Notes under the pieces: model-generated
Seen by the model: only the letters and a program-made list of their open reading frames with translations
Database searches by the model: none
Told to the model about the DNA's origin: nothing
Assembly (NCBI GenBank): GCA_965203485.1
Contig: OZ241892.1
Location: 1,088,001-1,152,000 of the forward strand
Direction: 5' to 3'
Source: Longimicrobiales bacterium
GTDB taxonomy: Bacteria > Gemmatimonadota > Gemmatimonadetes > Longimicrobiales > Gaopeijiaceae
Length of the DNA: 64,000 nt
Program-made: the position numbers and the translations under genes
Shown: positions 1 through 17,679 of the stretch, piece after piece
Numbering within the stretch: position 1 is the stretch's first letter
How the letters are laid out: each line of letters opens with the position of its first letter

Positions 1-1577
<1,577 letters not shown>

Positions 1578-1584
1578 GCCGGCC

Positions 1585-1866
1585 ATGACCTTGTTGCGGA
1601 TGCGGGTGCTCGCGCCGGACCGCGTGGTCCTGGACGAGAGCGCGCGGTCGCTCGTGGCGCCGGCGTGGGACGGCCGCGTCGGCGTCTATCCGCGCCACGC
1701 GCCGTTGCTGGCGATCCTGGACGAGGGGCGGCTCGCGTTCACGGCCGAGAGCGGCGAGGAGCGCGAACTGCAGATCGACGGCGGCGTCCTCAAGGTGGCC
1801 GGCGGCGAGGCCACGGTGCTGGCGGACGGCGTACGGGGCGCGGGCGGGTCCGGCGAGCGCCGGTGA
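1585..1866 (+). CDS. atpC: ATP synthase F1 epsilon subunit (short form)
   Basis: Follows atpD; P..G.VGVYPRHAPLL and GGVLKV...ATVLAD match the epsilon N-terminal domain. Confidence 0.9.
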   Translation: MTLLRMRVLAPDRVVLDESARSLVAPAWDGRVGVYPRHAPLLAILDEGRLAFTAESGEERELQIDGGVLKVAGGEATVLADGVRGAGGSGERR

Positions 1867-2681
1867 GGCTCGACCTGCACATCCACAGCACCGCGTCCGA
1901 CGGCGCATGCTCGCCCGAGGAGGTCGTGGAGCGGGCCGTCGCGGGGGGGCTCGATGTGATCGCGCTGGCGGACCACGACACTGTGGCCGGCGTCGGCCGC
2001 GCGCTGGACGCGGCCAGCGGTCGGCCCATCCAGGTGATCCCGGCGGCCGAGATGAGCAGCACGATCGACGGCGAAGACATCCATATCCTGGGCTACTTCC
2101 TGGACGTCGAGTCCGAGGCGCTGGTCGGCCTGGCCCGGCGCGGGGCCACGAGGCGGGCGGCCCGCATGGACGAGATGGTCTCGAAGCTGGCGAGCTTGGG
2201 GTTCCCGGTGAGCCGCGACCTTCTGGAGGCCGAGCGCGCTTCGCCCGACACCGCCTTCGTGCGGCCCCACTTGGCCCGCGCGCTCGTGGCCGCCGGTCAC
2301 GCGAGGGACGTGGCCGACGCGTTCAAGCGCTTCATCGGCGACGGCTGTCCCGCCTACGTGCCGACCGAGGTGGCGAAGCCGCGCGAGGTCATCGAGGCGA
2401 TCCTCTCCGCCGGAGGCGTGCCGGTGTGGGCTCACCCGCCCGTCAAGACTTGGGAAGACAGCCTGCCCGAGCTGCTGCAGGCCGGCTTGCAGGGGCTCGA
2501 GGTCTACCGCCCCCCCGGCCGGTCCGCGAGTCCGAGCAGCCTGGAAGACGCCGCCCGCCGCCACCGCCTGCTGACGACCGGGGGCTCCGATTGGCACGGC
2601 CCCCAGACTGGCGTCGAACTGGGCGACTTCCGCGTGTCCTCGGACGACGTCCAGGCGTTCCTGTCGCTGGCGGGGATGTAG
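1863..2681 (+). CDS. PHP-domain phosphoesterase, TrpH/YciV-like
   Basis: GTG overlaps the atpC stop; [31 protein letters not shown] and GGSDWHG motifs. Confidence 0.9.
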   Translation: MRLDLHIHSTASDGACSPEEVVERAVAGGLDVIALADHDTVAGVGRALDAASGRPIQVIPAAEMSSTIDGEDIHILGYFLDVESEALVGLARRGATRRAARMDEMVSKLASLGFPVSRDLLEAERASPDTAFVRPHLARALVAAGHARDVADAFKRFIGDGCPAYVPTEVAKPREVIEAILSAGGVPVWAHPPVKTWEDSLPELLQAGLQGLEVYRPPGRSASPSSLEDAARRHRLLTTGGSDWHGPQTGVELGDFRVSSDDVQAFLSLAGM

Positions 2682-2693
2682 CGAGATCAGTCT

Positions 2694-2721
2694 TTGACTT
2701 CCTCGCCGGTTGCGTTACCTT
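2694..2721 (+). promoter_or_regulatory. Candidate sigma70 promoter for the 23S-5S unit
   Basis: TTGACT-16 nt-TACCTT; a second TTGACA lies at 2815-2820. Confidence 0.4.
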
Positions 2722-2992
2722 TCTGGACTGCTCGCGCGTGGGATCGCGAGGGGGCCGGTCCGGGGGAAGCCCCGCGGTTCCGTTCCGGCGGTCCCAGGGG
2801 CGGGCGCCTGCTTCTTGACAAAACCAGGGTAGAGGGAAGGGAAGCGCCTTAGGTCGCTCCACCCCGCCGGCGACGGCGGGGCGGGAGCGTACGTGAGGGA
2901 AAGGCGACGGTGGACCGCTCTGAATCGGACGCGGAGCGCGGACGGCCCGGCTTGAACGGGGCCGCCCCGGGCTCGGCTCGCGAGGAAAGGGC

Positions 2993-5961
<2,969 letters not shown>

Positions 5962-6056
5962 CTTTCCTTTCCGCGTCTTTTCTGCACGCGAGGCGCTTCC
6001 CCGACCTCTTCCTGGGTTCGAGGCGCCGCGGGGCGATCCGCGGCGCCTTTCGACTT

Positions 6057-6174
<118 letters not shown>

Positions 6175-6182
6175 TGCCTTGC

Positions 6183-6222
6183 GAACGCCCCGTTCGGCCC
6201 GAAGCGGCCGGGCGGGGCGTTC
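6183..6222 (+). terminator. GC-rich hairpin after 5S, probable terminator
   Basis: GAACGCCCCG...CGGGGCGTTC inverted repeat; the U-tract is weak. Confidence 0.55.
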
Positions 6223-6656
6223 TGCGTTCCAGCCTATAAACCCGTCTCGACAACCGACGCGCTTGAAGCAAAGCAGACCGCGAACGGCTGGACGAGGCCA
6301 GGAGTGGTGCGGTGGAGAGCCGAGACACCGGAGTTGGCAACTTGCCGGGACGATGAGGAGCCGTGCCTCAATCGTCGCGGGCGACGAGCCCCACGCCGCA
6401 GACCAAGAGAAGCACGTTCCAGCAGGCCACGCGAAGCACGCGCCGACAGCGCGCGCGCAAGGACCAGCGCTTGGCCGCCGTGGCCGCGGCCGGCGGCGGT
6501 GCCGGCGGTTGGCCCTCGGAAGATCGTGGGACTCATGACTTCCGGATTGAAGGAAGCCAAAAGGGATCGGCGGCAACTTTCGGCAACAGCTGTCTCCGCA
6601 GTCGCAAGTGCGATTGCCTTCAAGCGCCTGCGACCTGTCGTGCAGACTGAAGTAGC

Positions 6657-7313
6657 CTAGCCTAGCCTGGCAGGGGCGAGGCCACGTGACGCGGCGAGAA
6701 TCTTCGCGGTGGCCTTGCAGGGGTCGGGGGCGGCCATGATGGTGCGGGCGACTGCGCAACCGGCGGCGCCGGCGTTGCGGGCCGCGGGGGCGCGGACGGC
6801 GTTCAGGCCGCCGATGGCGATGACGGGGATGCTTACGGAAGCGGCGACGGCGGCGAGGCGTTGGAGGCCGATGGACCGGGCCGGCTTGGTGCGGGTCGGA
6901 AAGACGGGGCCGCAACCGATGTAGTCGGCGCCGTCCGCCTCGGCCGCCTGGGCGCCAAGGGGAGTGCGCGCGGAGGCGCCGATCAGGAAGGGCGGCGGGG
7001 CGAGCCGCCGGGCGGCGGCGATCGGAAGGTCTTCGGGGCCGAGATGGACGCCGTCGGCTTTGGTGGCGAGGGCGAGATCGAGGCGGTCGTTCACGAAGAA
7101 GAGGGCGTCGGCGGCGTGCGCGGCGAACCGGAGGCGGCGAGCAAGGGGAAGGAGGTCGCGGGGCGGCAGGTGTTTCTCGCGAAGTTGGACGGCGGGCGCC
7201 CCCCCGGCGCGGAGGACGTCGCCGACGATGGCTTCAAGGAAGCTGGAAGGGCGATCGCCGCGGTCGGTCACCACGAGCAAGCGCAAGCGTTCGGCGAGGG
7301 GTACGGCCCTCAC
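6657..7313 (-). CDS. thiE: Thiamine-phosphate synthase
   Basis: VQLREK, FVNDRLDLA, DGVHLG, GPVFPT.TK and IAIGG motifs; GTG overlaps the mltG stop. Confidence 0.93.
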   Translation of the reverse strand: MRAVPLAERLRLLVVTDRGDRPSSFLEAIVGDVLRAGGAPAVQLREKHLPPRDLLPLARRLRFAAHAADALFFVNDRLDLALATKADGVHLGPEDLPIAAARRLAPPPFLIGASARTPLGAQAAEADGADYIGCGPVFPTRTKPARSIGLQRLAAVAASVSIPVIAIGGLNAVRAPAARNAGAAGCAVARTIMAAPDPCKATAKILAASRGLAPARLG

Positions 7314-8320
7314 TCGCGTTGCGCGGATTCGCGGCGGATGCGGATGCGGGCGTTGTTGTGGGCCCGCAGGGAGCGCGAGAAGACGTGCTCGCCGTTGGAC
7401 CGGGCGACGAAGTAGTAGTAGTCGGTTTCTGCGGGGTCGAGCGCGGCGTCGAGCGCGGCGGCTCCCGGCGCTCCGATGGGGCCGGGCGGGAGGCCGGCAT
7501 GCGCGTAGGTGTTGTAGGGATTGTCGGCCACCGAGTCGATGGCGGCGTAGAGCAGGCGCGGCCGGTGGCCCCCGAGCGCGTAGAGCACCGTCGGGTCCGC
7601 CTGGAGCCTCATCCCGGCGCGCAACCGGTTGTGGTAGACGCTCGAGATCGTGCGCATCTCCGACTCGCGCCGCGACTCCGCCTGGATGATCGACGCCAGC
7701 GTGACCACTTCGCGCTCGCTCATCCCCGTCTCGGCCAGCCGGGCGCGCCGCTCGGGCGTCCAGTAGCGCTTGTACTGCGCCGTCATGGCCGCGACGAAAT
7801 GGCCGGGCCCCACGCCCTTGGCGAGGCGGTACGTGTCGGGGAAGAGGTATCCTTCGAGCCCCGGCCCCGGCACGTCCCAAACGCGGTCCAGCGTGTCGCC
7901 GGCCAGCTCCGCGAAGATTGCGGCGGAGTCGTCCGTCTCGACGAAGACGGCGATGCGGCCCGCCATCTCCTTGAGGGTGAGTCCCTCGGGGAACGTCGTC
8001 GGATAGGTCTCGACCCGTCCGTCCGTGAGCGTCTCGATGAGCCGCCCGTACCCCTCTCCCCGCGCCAGCTTGTAGGTGCCGGCCTTGACTGATCCGTCGA
8101 GTCCTCGCAACCGCGCGTACACGCGAAAGAGACCTGGGCGGGCGACGACTTGGCGGGCCTCCAGGCTGTCCACCACAGACCGGAACGACGATCCCGGGGC
8201 GATGTGGACGTACGTCTCTCCTCCCGGCAACCGCGGTCCGGCAAGCGTGGCCGTGGCCGCCGCCGCCAGGGCGAGGCCGGCAACGCCAAGAATCACGGCG
8301 CGACCACGACCGAGGGTCAT
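7310..8320 (-). CDS. mltG: Endolytic transglycosylase MltG
   Basis: N-terminal hydrophobic helix; LEGYLFPDTY, LASIIQAE, LQADPTV, PYNTY and GLPPGPI motifs. Confidence 0.95.
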   Translation of the reverse strand: MTLGRGRAVILGVAGLALAAAATATLAGPRLPGGETYVHIAPGSSFRSVVDSLEARQVVARPGLFRVYARLRGLDGSVKAGTYKLARGEGYGRLIETLTDGRVETYPTTFPEGLTLKEMAGRIAVFVETDDSAAIFAELAGDTLDRVWDVPGPGLEGYLFPDTYRLAKGVGPGHFVAAMTAQYKRYWTPERRARLAETGMSEREVVTLASIIQAESRRESEMRTISSVYHNRLRAGMRLQADPTVLYALGGHRPRLLYAAIDSVADNPYNTYAHAGLPPGPIGAPGAAALDAALDPAETDYYYFVARSNGEHVFSRSLRAHNNARIRIRRESAQRE

Positions 8321-8907
8321 CCGGCTTTCCCGCTTTCGCCGGCATTGCCACGGGGCGTCGTCCGGCTCGGACAAGCCGGAGCGTCGCTCGCCGGCGCACC
8401 CTGGGGCTGGGCTGTCCGCGTGTGCCGGACGCCGTCCAGCCAGTCCTGCAGGATGATCGCCGCCGCTCCAGCGTCGATTCGAGCCTTGTTCTCGCGCTTC
8501 TTGCGCGGCAATCCCGCGGACCGGATGCGGGATTCGGCTTCCGCCGACGAATACCGTTCATCTTGAAACACCACCGAGACCTCTCCCCGTCTTGCGAGCC
8601 GCTCTCCGAACGACCGCACCTCCGCCGTCCAGCCAGTCTCGCGCCCCGACGGGTCCAACGGAAGCCCCACCACGATCAGGCGCGCCCGGTGACGGTCGGC
8701 GATTTCCAGCAACCGGTTCAAGGGAGGCCGCTTGCCCGCCCGGCGCGTCAGAGTCGTCAGCGGCGTGGCCAGCACGTCCGCAACGTCGCTCACGGCGACC
8801 CCGATGCGGCGTCGCCCATAGTCGATGCCCATCGAGCGGCCCTCTTCCTTGACGGAATCGCCCGCTTTGTCCACAGCGGCTTCGCCGGTACGCATGGAAG
8901 CGTTCAC
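8317..8907 (-). CDS. ruvX: Holliday junction resolvase-like RuvX/YqgF (start uncertain)
   Basis: GIDYGRRRIGVAVSD, VVGLP, DERYSS and ID..AA.IILQ motifs. Confidence 0.93.
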   Translation of the reverse strand: MNASMRTGEAAVDKAGDSVKEEGRSMGIDYGRRRIGVAVSDVADVLATPLTTLTRRAGKRPPLNRLLEIADRHRARLIVVGLPLDPSGRETGWTAEVRSFGERLARRGEVSVVFQDERYSSAEAESRIRSAGLPRKKRENKARIDAGAAAIILQDWLDGVRHTRTAQPQGAPASDAPACPSRTTPRGNAGESGKAG

Positions 8908-8926
8908 GACCCTGGCGCCGCGACGA

Positions 8927-9172
8927 TCAATACCGACGCCCTTCGCGAATCGAGTCGATCAGTGCGGCGACGGAGGCTCCGCCCAGCCGCTTGCGGCGCT
9001 CCCGGATGCGTTGCTCAGCTTGGCCGCCCCGCTTTCTGGCGTCGTCTTCAAAGGGCACCAGACCGGCAACAAGCTGGCCGCGACGAGTGATCGTCACGCT
9101 CTCGCCTCCGGCTACCGAGTCGAGCAACCGTGGGAGATGCGTCTTGGCTTCGTAGCTTCCGACGGTCCGCAT
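8927..9172 (-). CDS. Phd/YefM-family antitoxin
   Basis: MRTVGSYEAKTHLPRLLDSV..GE.VTITRRG...A.LVP pattern. Confidence 0.88.
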   Translation of the reverse strand: MRTVGSYEAKTHLPRLLDSVAGGESVTITRRGQLVAGLVPFEDDARKRGGQAEQRIRERRKRLGGASVAALIDSIREGRRY

Positions 9173-9218
9173 GGCTGAAACTCCGGCGAGCGTGAGCGAT
9201 GTTCATCCGACCGATCCG

Positions 9219-9243
9219 CTAGACCAGTCTAGTATCTAATATA
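9219..9243 (-). promoter_or_regulatory. Palindromic operator and -10-like element upstream of the antitoxin
   Basis: CTAGAC-CA-GTCTAG at 9219-9232; TATATT on the minus strand at 9243-9238. Confidence 0.5.
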
Positions 9244-11499
9244 GTGTCTGCCGTGTCTGCCAGAGAATAGGGGGTTTAGCGGGGGCTGGCGAGTCGTAGA
9301 GGTTCTGGTGGTGATACGGCCGGTGGTTGGCAGTGGCCTGCGACCCGGTCTGGCGAAGCGTTGAGGGGGGCGTTTTGGAGGCACGGACGCGCTTGGGCGA
9401 GGCAACTGGAGACTCGTGTCCGCATTCCTCCCGAAGGAGGACGTTGGAGCCGGGTCGTCGAGGATGCCGCATTGTTACGCGGCCCGTCGTCGTCGCTTTC
9501 CGTTCCCCTTGGCACGTGATGTGGCGGCAAACGGACGATGACATGCAACCCGGGGGGCGAGTATTTTAACTTCATGGAGATGAAAGGCGCATGTGGGTGC
9601 GCCGAGAGCGGCCGTTGGGCAACGGAGGACCAGCGTGAATGCAACGTGGGAGAGTCCTGGATCGCGCTGGTGGCGAGTGGATCTGCACGCGCACACGCCG
9701 GCATCGCCGGATTGGGATGCGGCCGGCGAAGATTGGGATGCTACCGACGAGACGCCTTGGCTCCGCTGGCTGGAGGCGGCCCGGGACGCAAAATTAGATG
9801 CGGTAGCCGTCACGGACCACAACACGGCTCAGGGCATCGCCCGCCTGCAAAAGCTTCGGACGAAGGTCGAGGGCGCACCGGTGCTTTTTCCGGGCGTGGA
9901 GCTCACCACGGAGAACGGGACGCATCTCCTGCTGTTGGCGGACCCCAGCACCGGCCTAGCAGACATCGACGACATCCTGGCTCGGGTCGGCGTCGCTTCG
10001 GCTTCCCGCGGCACGCCGGAGGCTCGTTCCCCGCATGGCGTCCTCGACATCCTCGACAAGGTTGGGAACAAGATGCTAGTGGTCGCCGCTCATGTGAACA
10101 GGCGGCGGGGTTTGTTGCGGACCTACGAGTCCGGATCTTTCGGCAAGATACTGACGCGTGAGGCATTGGTCGCGGTGGAAGTTGATCCCGACGCAACGAA
10201 AGTTGATCCCGACGCGGCGCTCACTGATGACCGAACACGATGGCTCGACGGAAGCGTAGCGGAAATCGGAAGGCGGATTCCGCAGGTATGGTCTTCCGAC
10301 AGCCATCGTCACGATCAGCTGGGCCAGCGGTTTACCTGGGTCAAGATGGCTCGCCCCACTTTGGACGGCTTGCGCTTGGCCTTCCTGGACGGGGATGGCT
10401 CAATCCGGCAAGGCCGCTCCACCGACAACCCTGCTGACTCGCCGTCGCATGCCCCATCCTACCTTCATAGCATCTCAGTTTGCAACGGACGGTACATGGG
10501 CCGCGGAGAGCCTTTCGAAGTGGCTTTCAGTCCTTGGTTGACAGCGATTATCGGTGGTCGGGGAACTGGAAAGTCAACTTTGGTGGATTTTCTGCGAAAG
10601 ACGCTTCGGTGTGATCGTGAACTAAATGCAGGTGGCAATGACGGATCAAGAGAACTTAGAAAAGCATTCGACTCCCGAATGAGAGTTCCCGCATCGCATG
10701 CGGACGAGGGATTGCTGTTAGAAGAGACGCGTGTCCGTGTCGTCTACTGCAAGGATGCCCAGCGTTTTGAACTCGGTTGGAGTCAAGATGGCAGTGTTCC
10801 GGCGATCGGTCGCATGGCCGATGGCGATTTGGTCGAAGAACGTGGCGATGTCCGGGAACGTTTCCCCATGCGCATCTACAGTCAGAAGCAGTTGTTTGCA
10901 ATGGCACAGAACCCTAGTGCCTTGCTAACTGTGATTGACGACGCCCATTCCGTGCAAGGATCGACCTTTCGACGCCGCCTAGCAGAGCTAGAATCTCGCT
11001 ATCTGTCGCTACGCGCAGAAGCTCGAATGGCGGAGACGACAGCTACCGCTTTGGAGGCTACGAACGCATCGTTGCAAGATCTGCGGCGGAAGATTGAGAT
11101 ATTGGAAAGAAGCGGCTACGCTGATGTGCTAAGACGCCATCGGCGATTTCGGTGGTTGGACGACACTTGGCGCGAGATTGCCAAACAGACGTTGGATGGA
11201 ATACAACAGGCAGCTCGAGAGACGACCGAATTAGACGTGGCGGACTTAGATCTGACGGCGGATAGCGACAGGCCCGGCGTAGAGGATCTGGCGAGTGCCT
11301 ACGAGTCGCTGAAAGCCGTAATGGCGCGCACGCGGACTGGCATCGCAGAGATGTTGCGACACGCGGAGATCGAAATTCAGACCGTGATGTCCGGCGACCC
11401 TTTGCGTCGCTGGCAACGGACGGTGCACGACACAGGCTCCGCGTTCGAAGGGGTCGTCGCAAAGTTGTCAAATGCCGGAGCACCGGTGCCGACTGACTA

Positions 11500-12356
11500 G
11501 AGCCTATCTCAAAAAGCATGATGGGTTGCGATGGGCCGGGGAGTTGTTCATCTTCGAGGCATGACGACGGTGAAGCTGAGCGACGAGCAGTGGGAGCGGA
11601 TTCGCCACCACTTCCCCGAGGAAGCGCAAAAGGGGAAGCGGCTGGGGCGGCCGCCGGTGCCCGCTCGGCGCGTGTTCGAGGCAGCGCTGTGGATTCTGCA
11701 CACGGGCGCCCAGTGGAGCTTTCTGCCGCAACACTATCCGAACTACAAGACCGTGCACCAGAGGTTCCAGACTTGGATCCGGACGGGCGTGCTCGAACGG
11801 GTGCTGAGGGACTTGGCGGGGGAAGCGAGGCAACGGGGTCTCTTCGACGGCACGGAGGCATACGTGGACGCGTCGTTCGCGCGGGCGAAGGGAGGCGGGG
11901 CGGGCGTGGGAAACACCAAGGCGGGCAAGGGCGTGAAGATCATGGCGGTCGTGGACCGTTGCGGTCTTCCGCTGTCGTTGAGCACGCATCCTGCGAATCC
12001 TCGCGAGGCGACGCTCGTCCAGTTGTCGCTGGACTTGGCGTTCACGGACGACACGCCGGCAAACTTGATCGGCGACAAGGCGTACGACAGCGACCCGCTG
12101 GACGCGGCCTTGCGTGCGCGAGGCATCGAGATGATCGCGCCGCACCGGCGCAATCGAACGCGGCCGCGGACGCAGGACGGTCGTCGGCTTCGGCGGGCGA
12201 AGCGACGATGGATTGTCGAGCGGTTCTTCGGGTGGATGCAGTGGAAGCGCCGGCTGTTGGTCCGTTGGGAATATCATCCCGAGAACTTCCTGGCGTTCGT
12301 CCAACTGTCCGCCATCTGCATCTTCTTCAACCATCTCGGCTTTTTGAGATAGGTTC
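11500..12356 (+). mobile_element. IS5-family insertion sequence (IS427-like), 857 bp
   Basis: 18-bp terminal inverted repeats GAGCCTATCTCAAAAAGC / GCTTTTTGAGATAGGTTC (1 mismatch); TA duplication at 11498-11499 and 12357-12358. Confidence 0.93.
11561..12352 (+). CDS. IS5-family DDE transposase
   Basis: LSDEQW, ILHTGAQW..LP..Y, YVDAS, GDKAYDS and RWIVERFF.W motifs. Confidence 0.95.
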   Translation: MTTVKLSDEQWERIRHHFPEEAQKGKRLGRPPVPARRVFEAALWILHTGAQWSFLPQHYPNYKTVHQRFQTWIRTGVLERVLRDLAGEARQRGLFDGTEAYVDASFARAKGGGAGVGNTKAGKGVKIMAVVDRCGLPLSLSTHPANPREATLVQLSLDLAFTDDTPANLIGDKAYDSDPLDAALRARGIEMIAPHRRNRTRPRTQDGRRLRRAKRRWIVERFFGWMQWKRRLLVRWEYHPENFLAFVQLSAICIFFNHLGFLR

Positions 12357-13255
12357 TACACTGACCTGCTGATGAGGTCTGCGGAACTGGAACGCGAGAT
12401 TGACCGCCTACAGGGCGAACGGGAACGGGCCCAGTCCTTGATTCGCGAAGGGCGTGACGTACTTGCGAACTACCGCAAAGTTCGTCGAACGTGGTCCGAG
12501 CGACGCGTCGACTTTGCCAAGGAATTGAGCGGAGCTGGCATCGACGTCGTCATCGCCCCTCTTGCCGACACGAGCGATCTTGTAGCGGAAATCGGCAGGC
12601 GGTTGGGGATGTCTCGTTATGAGAATGACCGAGTTGCGTTAGCCGAACACATTAGCAGTAGCGAGAAATGGGAGACAGGACTTGATAGAATCACAGACAA
12701 GTTGTCTGCGCTTCGCCGTGGAGAAGACCAACTATTCCAAGTTAAGGATCACCGTTTTAAGAAAGCGATTGCCGATCGGCCGCCGGACGCGATCGATCAC
12801 TTGGCGGTGTATCTGCCTGAGGATGCCGTTACGATCCGGTTCAAGGATCGAGCAACCCAAAAATGGCGGCCAATCAACCAGGGATCACCGGGACAGCAAA
12901 CGGCCGCCCTCTTGTCCTTGGTGCTCAGTTACGGGTCGGATCCTGTTGTTCTCGACCAGCCGGAAGACGATCTCGACAATACGCTCATCTATGATTTGGT
13001 CGTGTCGCGGTTGAAGGAAGTAAAAAACGAACGACAAATCATCGTGATCACGCACAATCCGAACATCGTCGTGCATGGCGACGCGGAATACGTGCTGTCG
13101 TTCAGGAGCGACAACGGGCGGACCACAGTGACATGCCATGCAGGCTTACCGGAGGCTGACGTGCGAGAAGAGGTTTGCCGAATAATGGAGGGCGGACGGG
13201 AGGCCTTCGAGAGTCGTTTCAAGAAGATATTATTCAGGGCATCGGAGACGAGTTC

Positions 13256-13721
13256 GTGAACAGTGAAAAGTTGCTTCGAGAATTGGGCTTGGAGAAGATG
13301 CAACAACGGAACAGTCGTCTTGGGCATCGACGACAAAACGAAAGAGATCATTGGCATTCCCATCGACGCATTGAATGCTGTCGAGGCGTGGATATGCGAA
13401 AATCTGTTTGGATGCGATCAATCCGTCCGTCGAAATTGAATTCTAGTGCCGGGGCGGCTCGTCAACCATCTCACGCCGGAGAACATGGCGTTGTTGCAAC
13501 ACAACAGGAATGATGTCGTCGTTTCCTTACTGGGAAGGTGCAAAATTGATCCGGCAGAGAAGGTGGCCAGAAGCCGAATGATGGACCGAAGGGGAGATGG
13601 CGTACCGATCATTATGAAGCAGAACCGTTTGCTCTCAGGGCGGTCGCCGGAGTACCGAGTGATTGATGACAGGGAGCTTCAGCTGGTGATTTGGACGGCG
13701 TCGGCGTTTTCGCGGGAGTGA
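13256..13721 (+). pseudogene. Remnant of an AlbA_2 (Schlafen-like) + HATPase_c_4 protein
   Basis: Fragments in shifting frames: LGEDATTE, TVVLGIDDKTKEIIGIP, then PGRLVNHLT...RN..VVSLL...MDRRGDGVPII. Most of the middle is missing. Confidence 0.65.
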
Positions 13722-13877
13722 CCGGTCGGCGGGCATCCGCCGAGATGGAATCGGCGTTGACGATTCGATTCGTGCCGGCTCGGAGCGTTGCCTCCTTATG
13801 GGGGAGGGGGGGTGGGGAGGGGGGGATGTCGGCGAGTGGCGACTCGGCGGGACTGGCGAGATGGTTTTCGGAGTCCG

Positions 13878-17516
<3,639 letters not shown>

Positions 17517-17540
17517 GGACAAGGTGGGGGGACTCGTCGG

Positions 17541-17569
17541 TTGACCGCCGTGCTGAGGCAAGATAACGT
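17541..17569 (+). promoter_or_regulatory. Candidate sigma70 promoter for the GmrSD to DUF499 operon
   Basis: TTGACC-17 nt-TAACGT. Confidence 0.5.
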
Positions 17570-17679
17570 TGGGAGCGCATGAGCTTCCCCGTCTCCAACG
17601 CCTGCGTGCGGAATCGCTGGGGCAGTTGAATGAACGCGCCCGCCCGAACATTTCAACCGCGCTCGAAGGCGTGCCGCGC

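Larger units (their letters stand above)
9635..13259 (+). pseudogene. PHP + coiled-coil ABC ATPase (Ppl/TrlF-like), interrupted by an IS
   Basis: PHP motifs DLHAHTPAS, TDHN, PGVE, AAH, SDSH and Walker A GGRGTGKS lie before the IS. Signature GSPGQ, Walker B VVLDQPEDDLD and ITHN lie after it. Removing the IS restores one frame. Confidence 0.88.

Noticed and set aside
6225..6655. ORFs after 5S, including a minus-strand MSPTIFRG start reminiscent of DUF4160
   Set aside because: The similarity stops after a few residues and no frame gives a recognisable protein. Left unannotated.
9260..9630. About 370-bp intergenic region with a small hairpin (TCCTCC-CGAA-GGAGGA), considered as ncRNA, retron msr/msd or CRISPR
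   Set aside because: No repeat-spacer periodicity, no reverse transcriptase or cas gene nearby, and no recognisable RNA family.
9710..10215. Short duplications in the PHP domain (DWDAAGEDWDA; VDPDATKVDPDA)
   Set aside because: Only two copies each, in frame. These look like ordinary slippage events, not an array.
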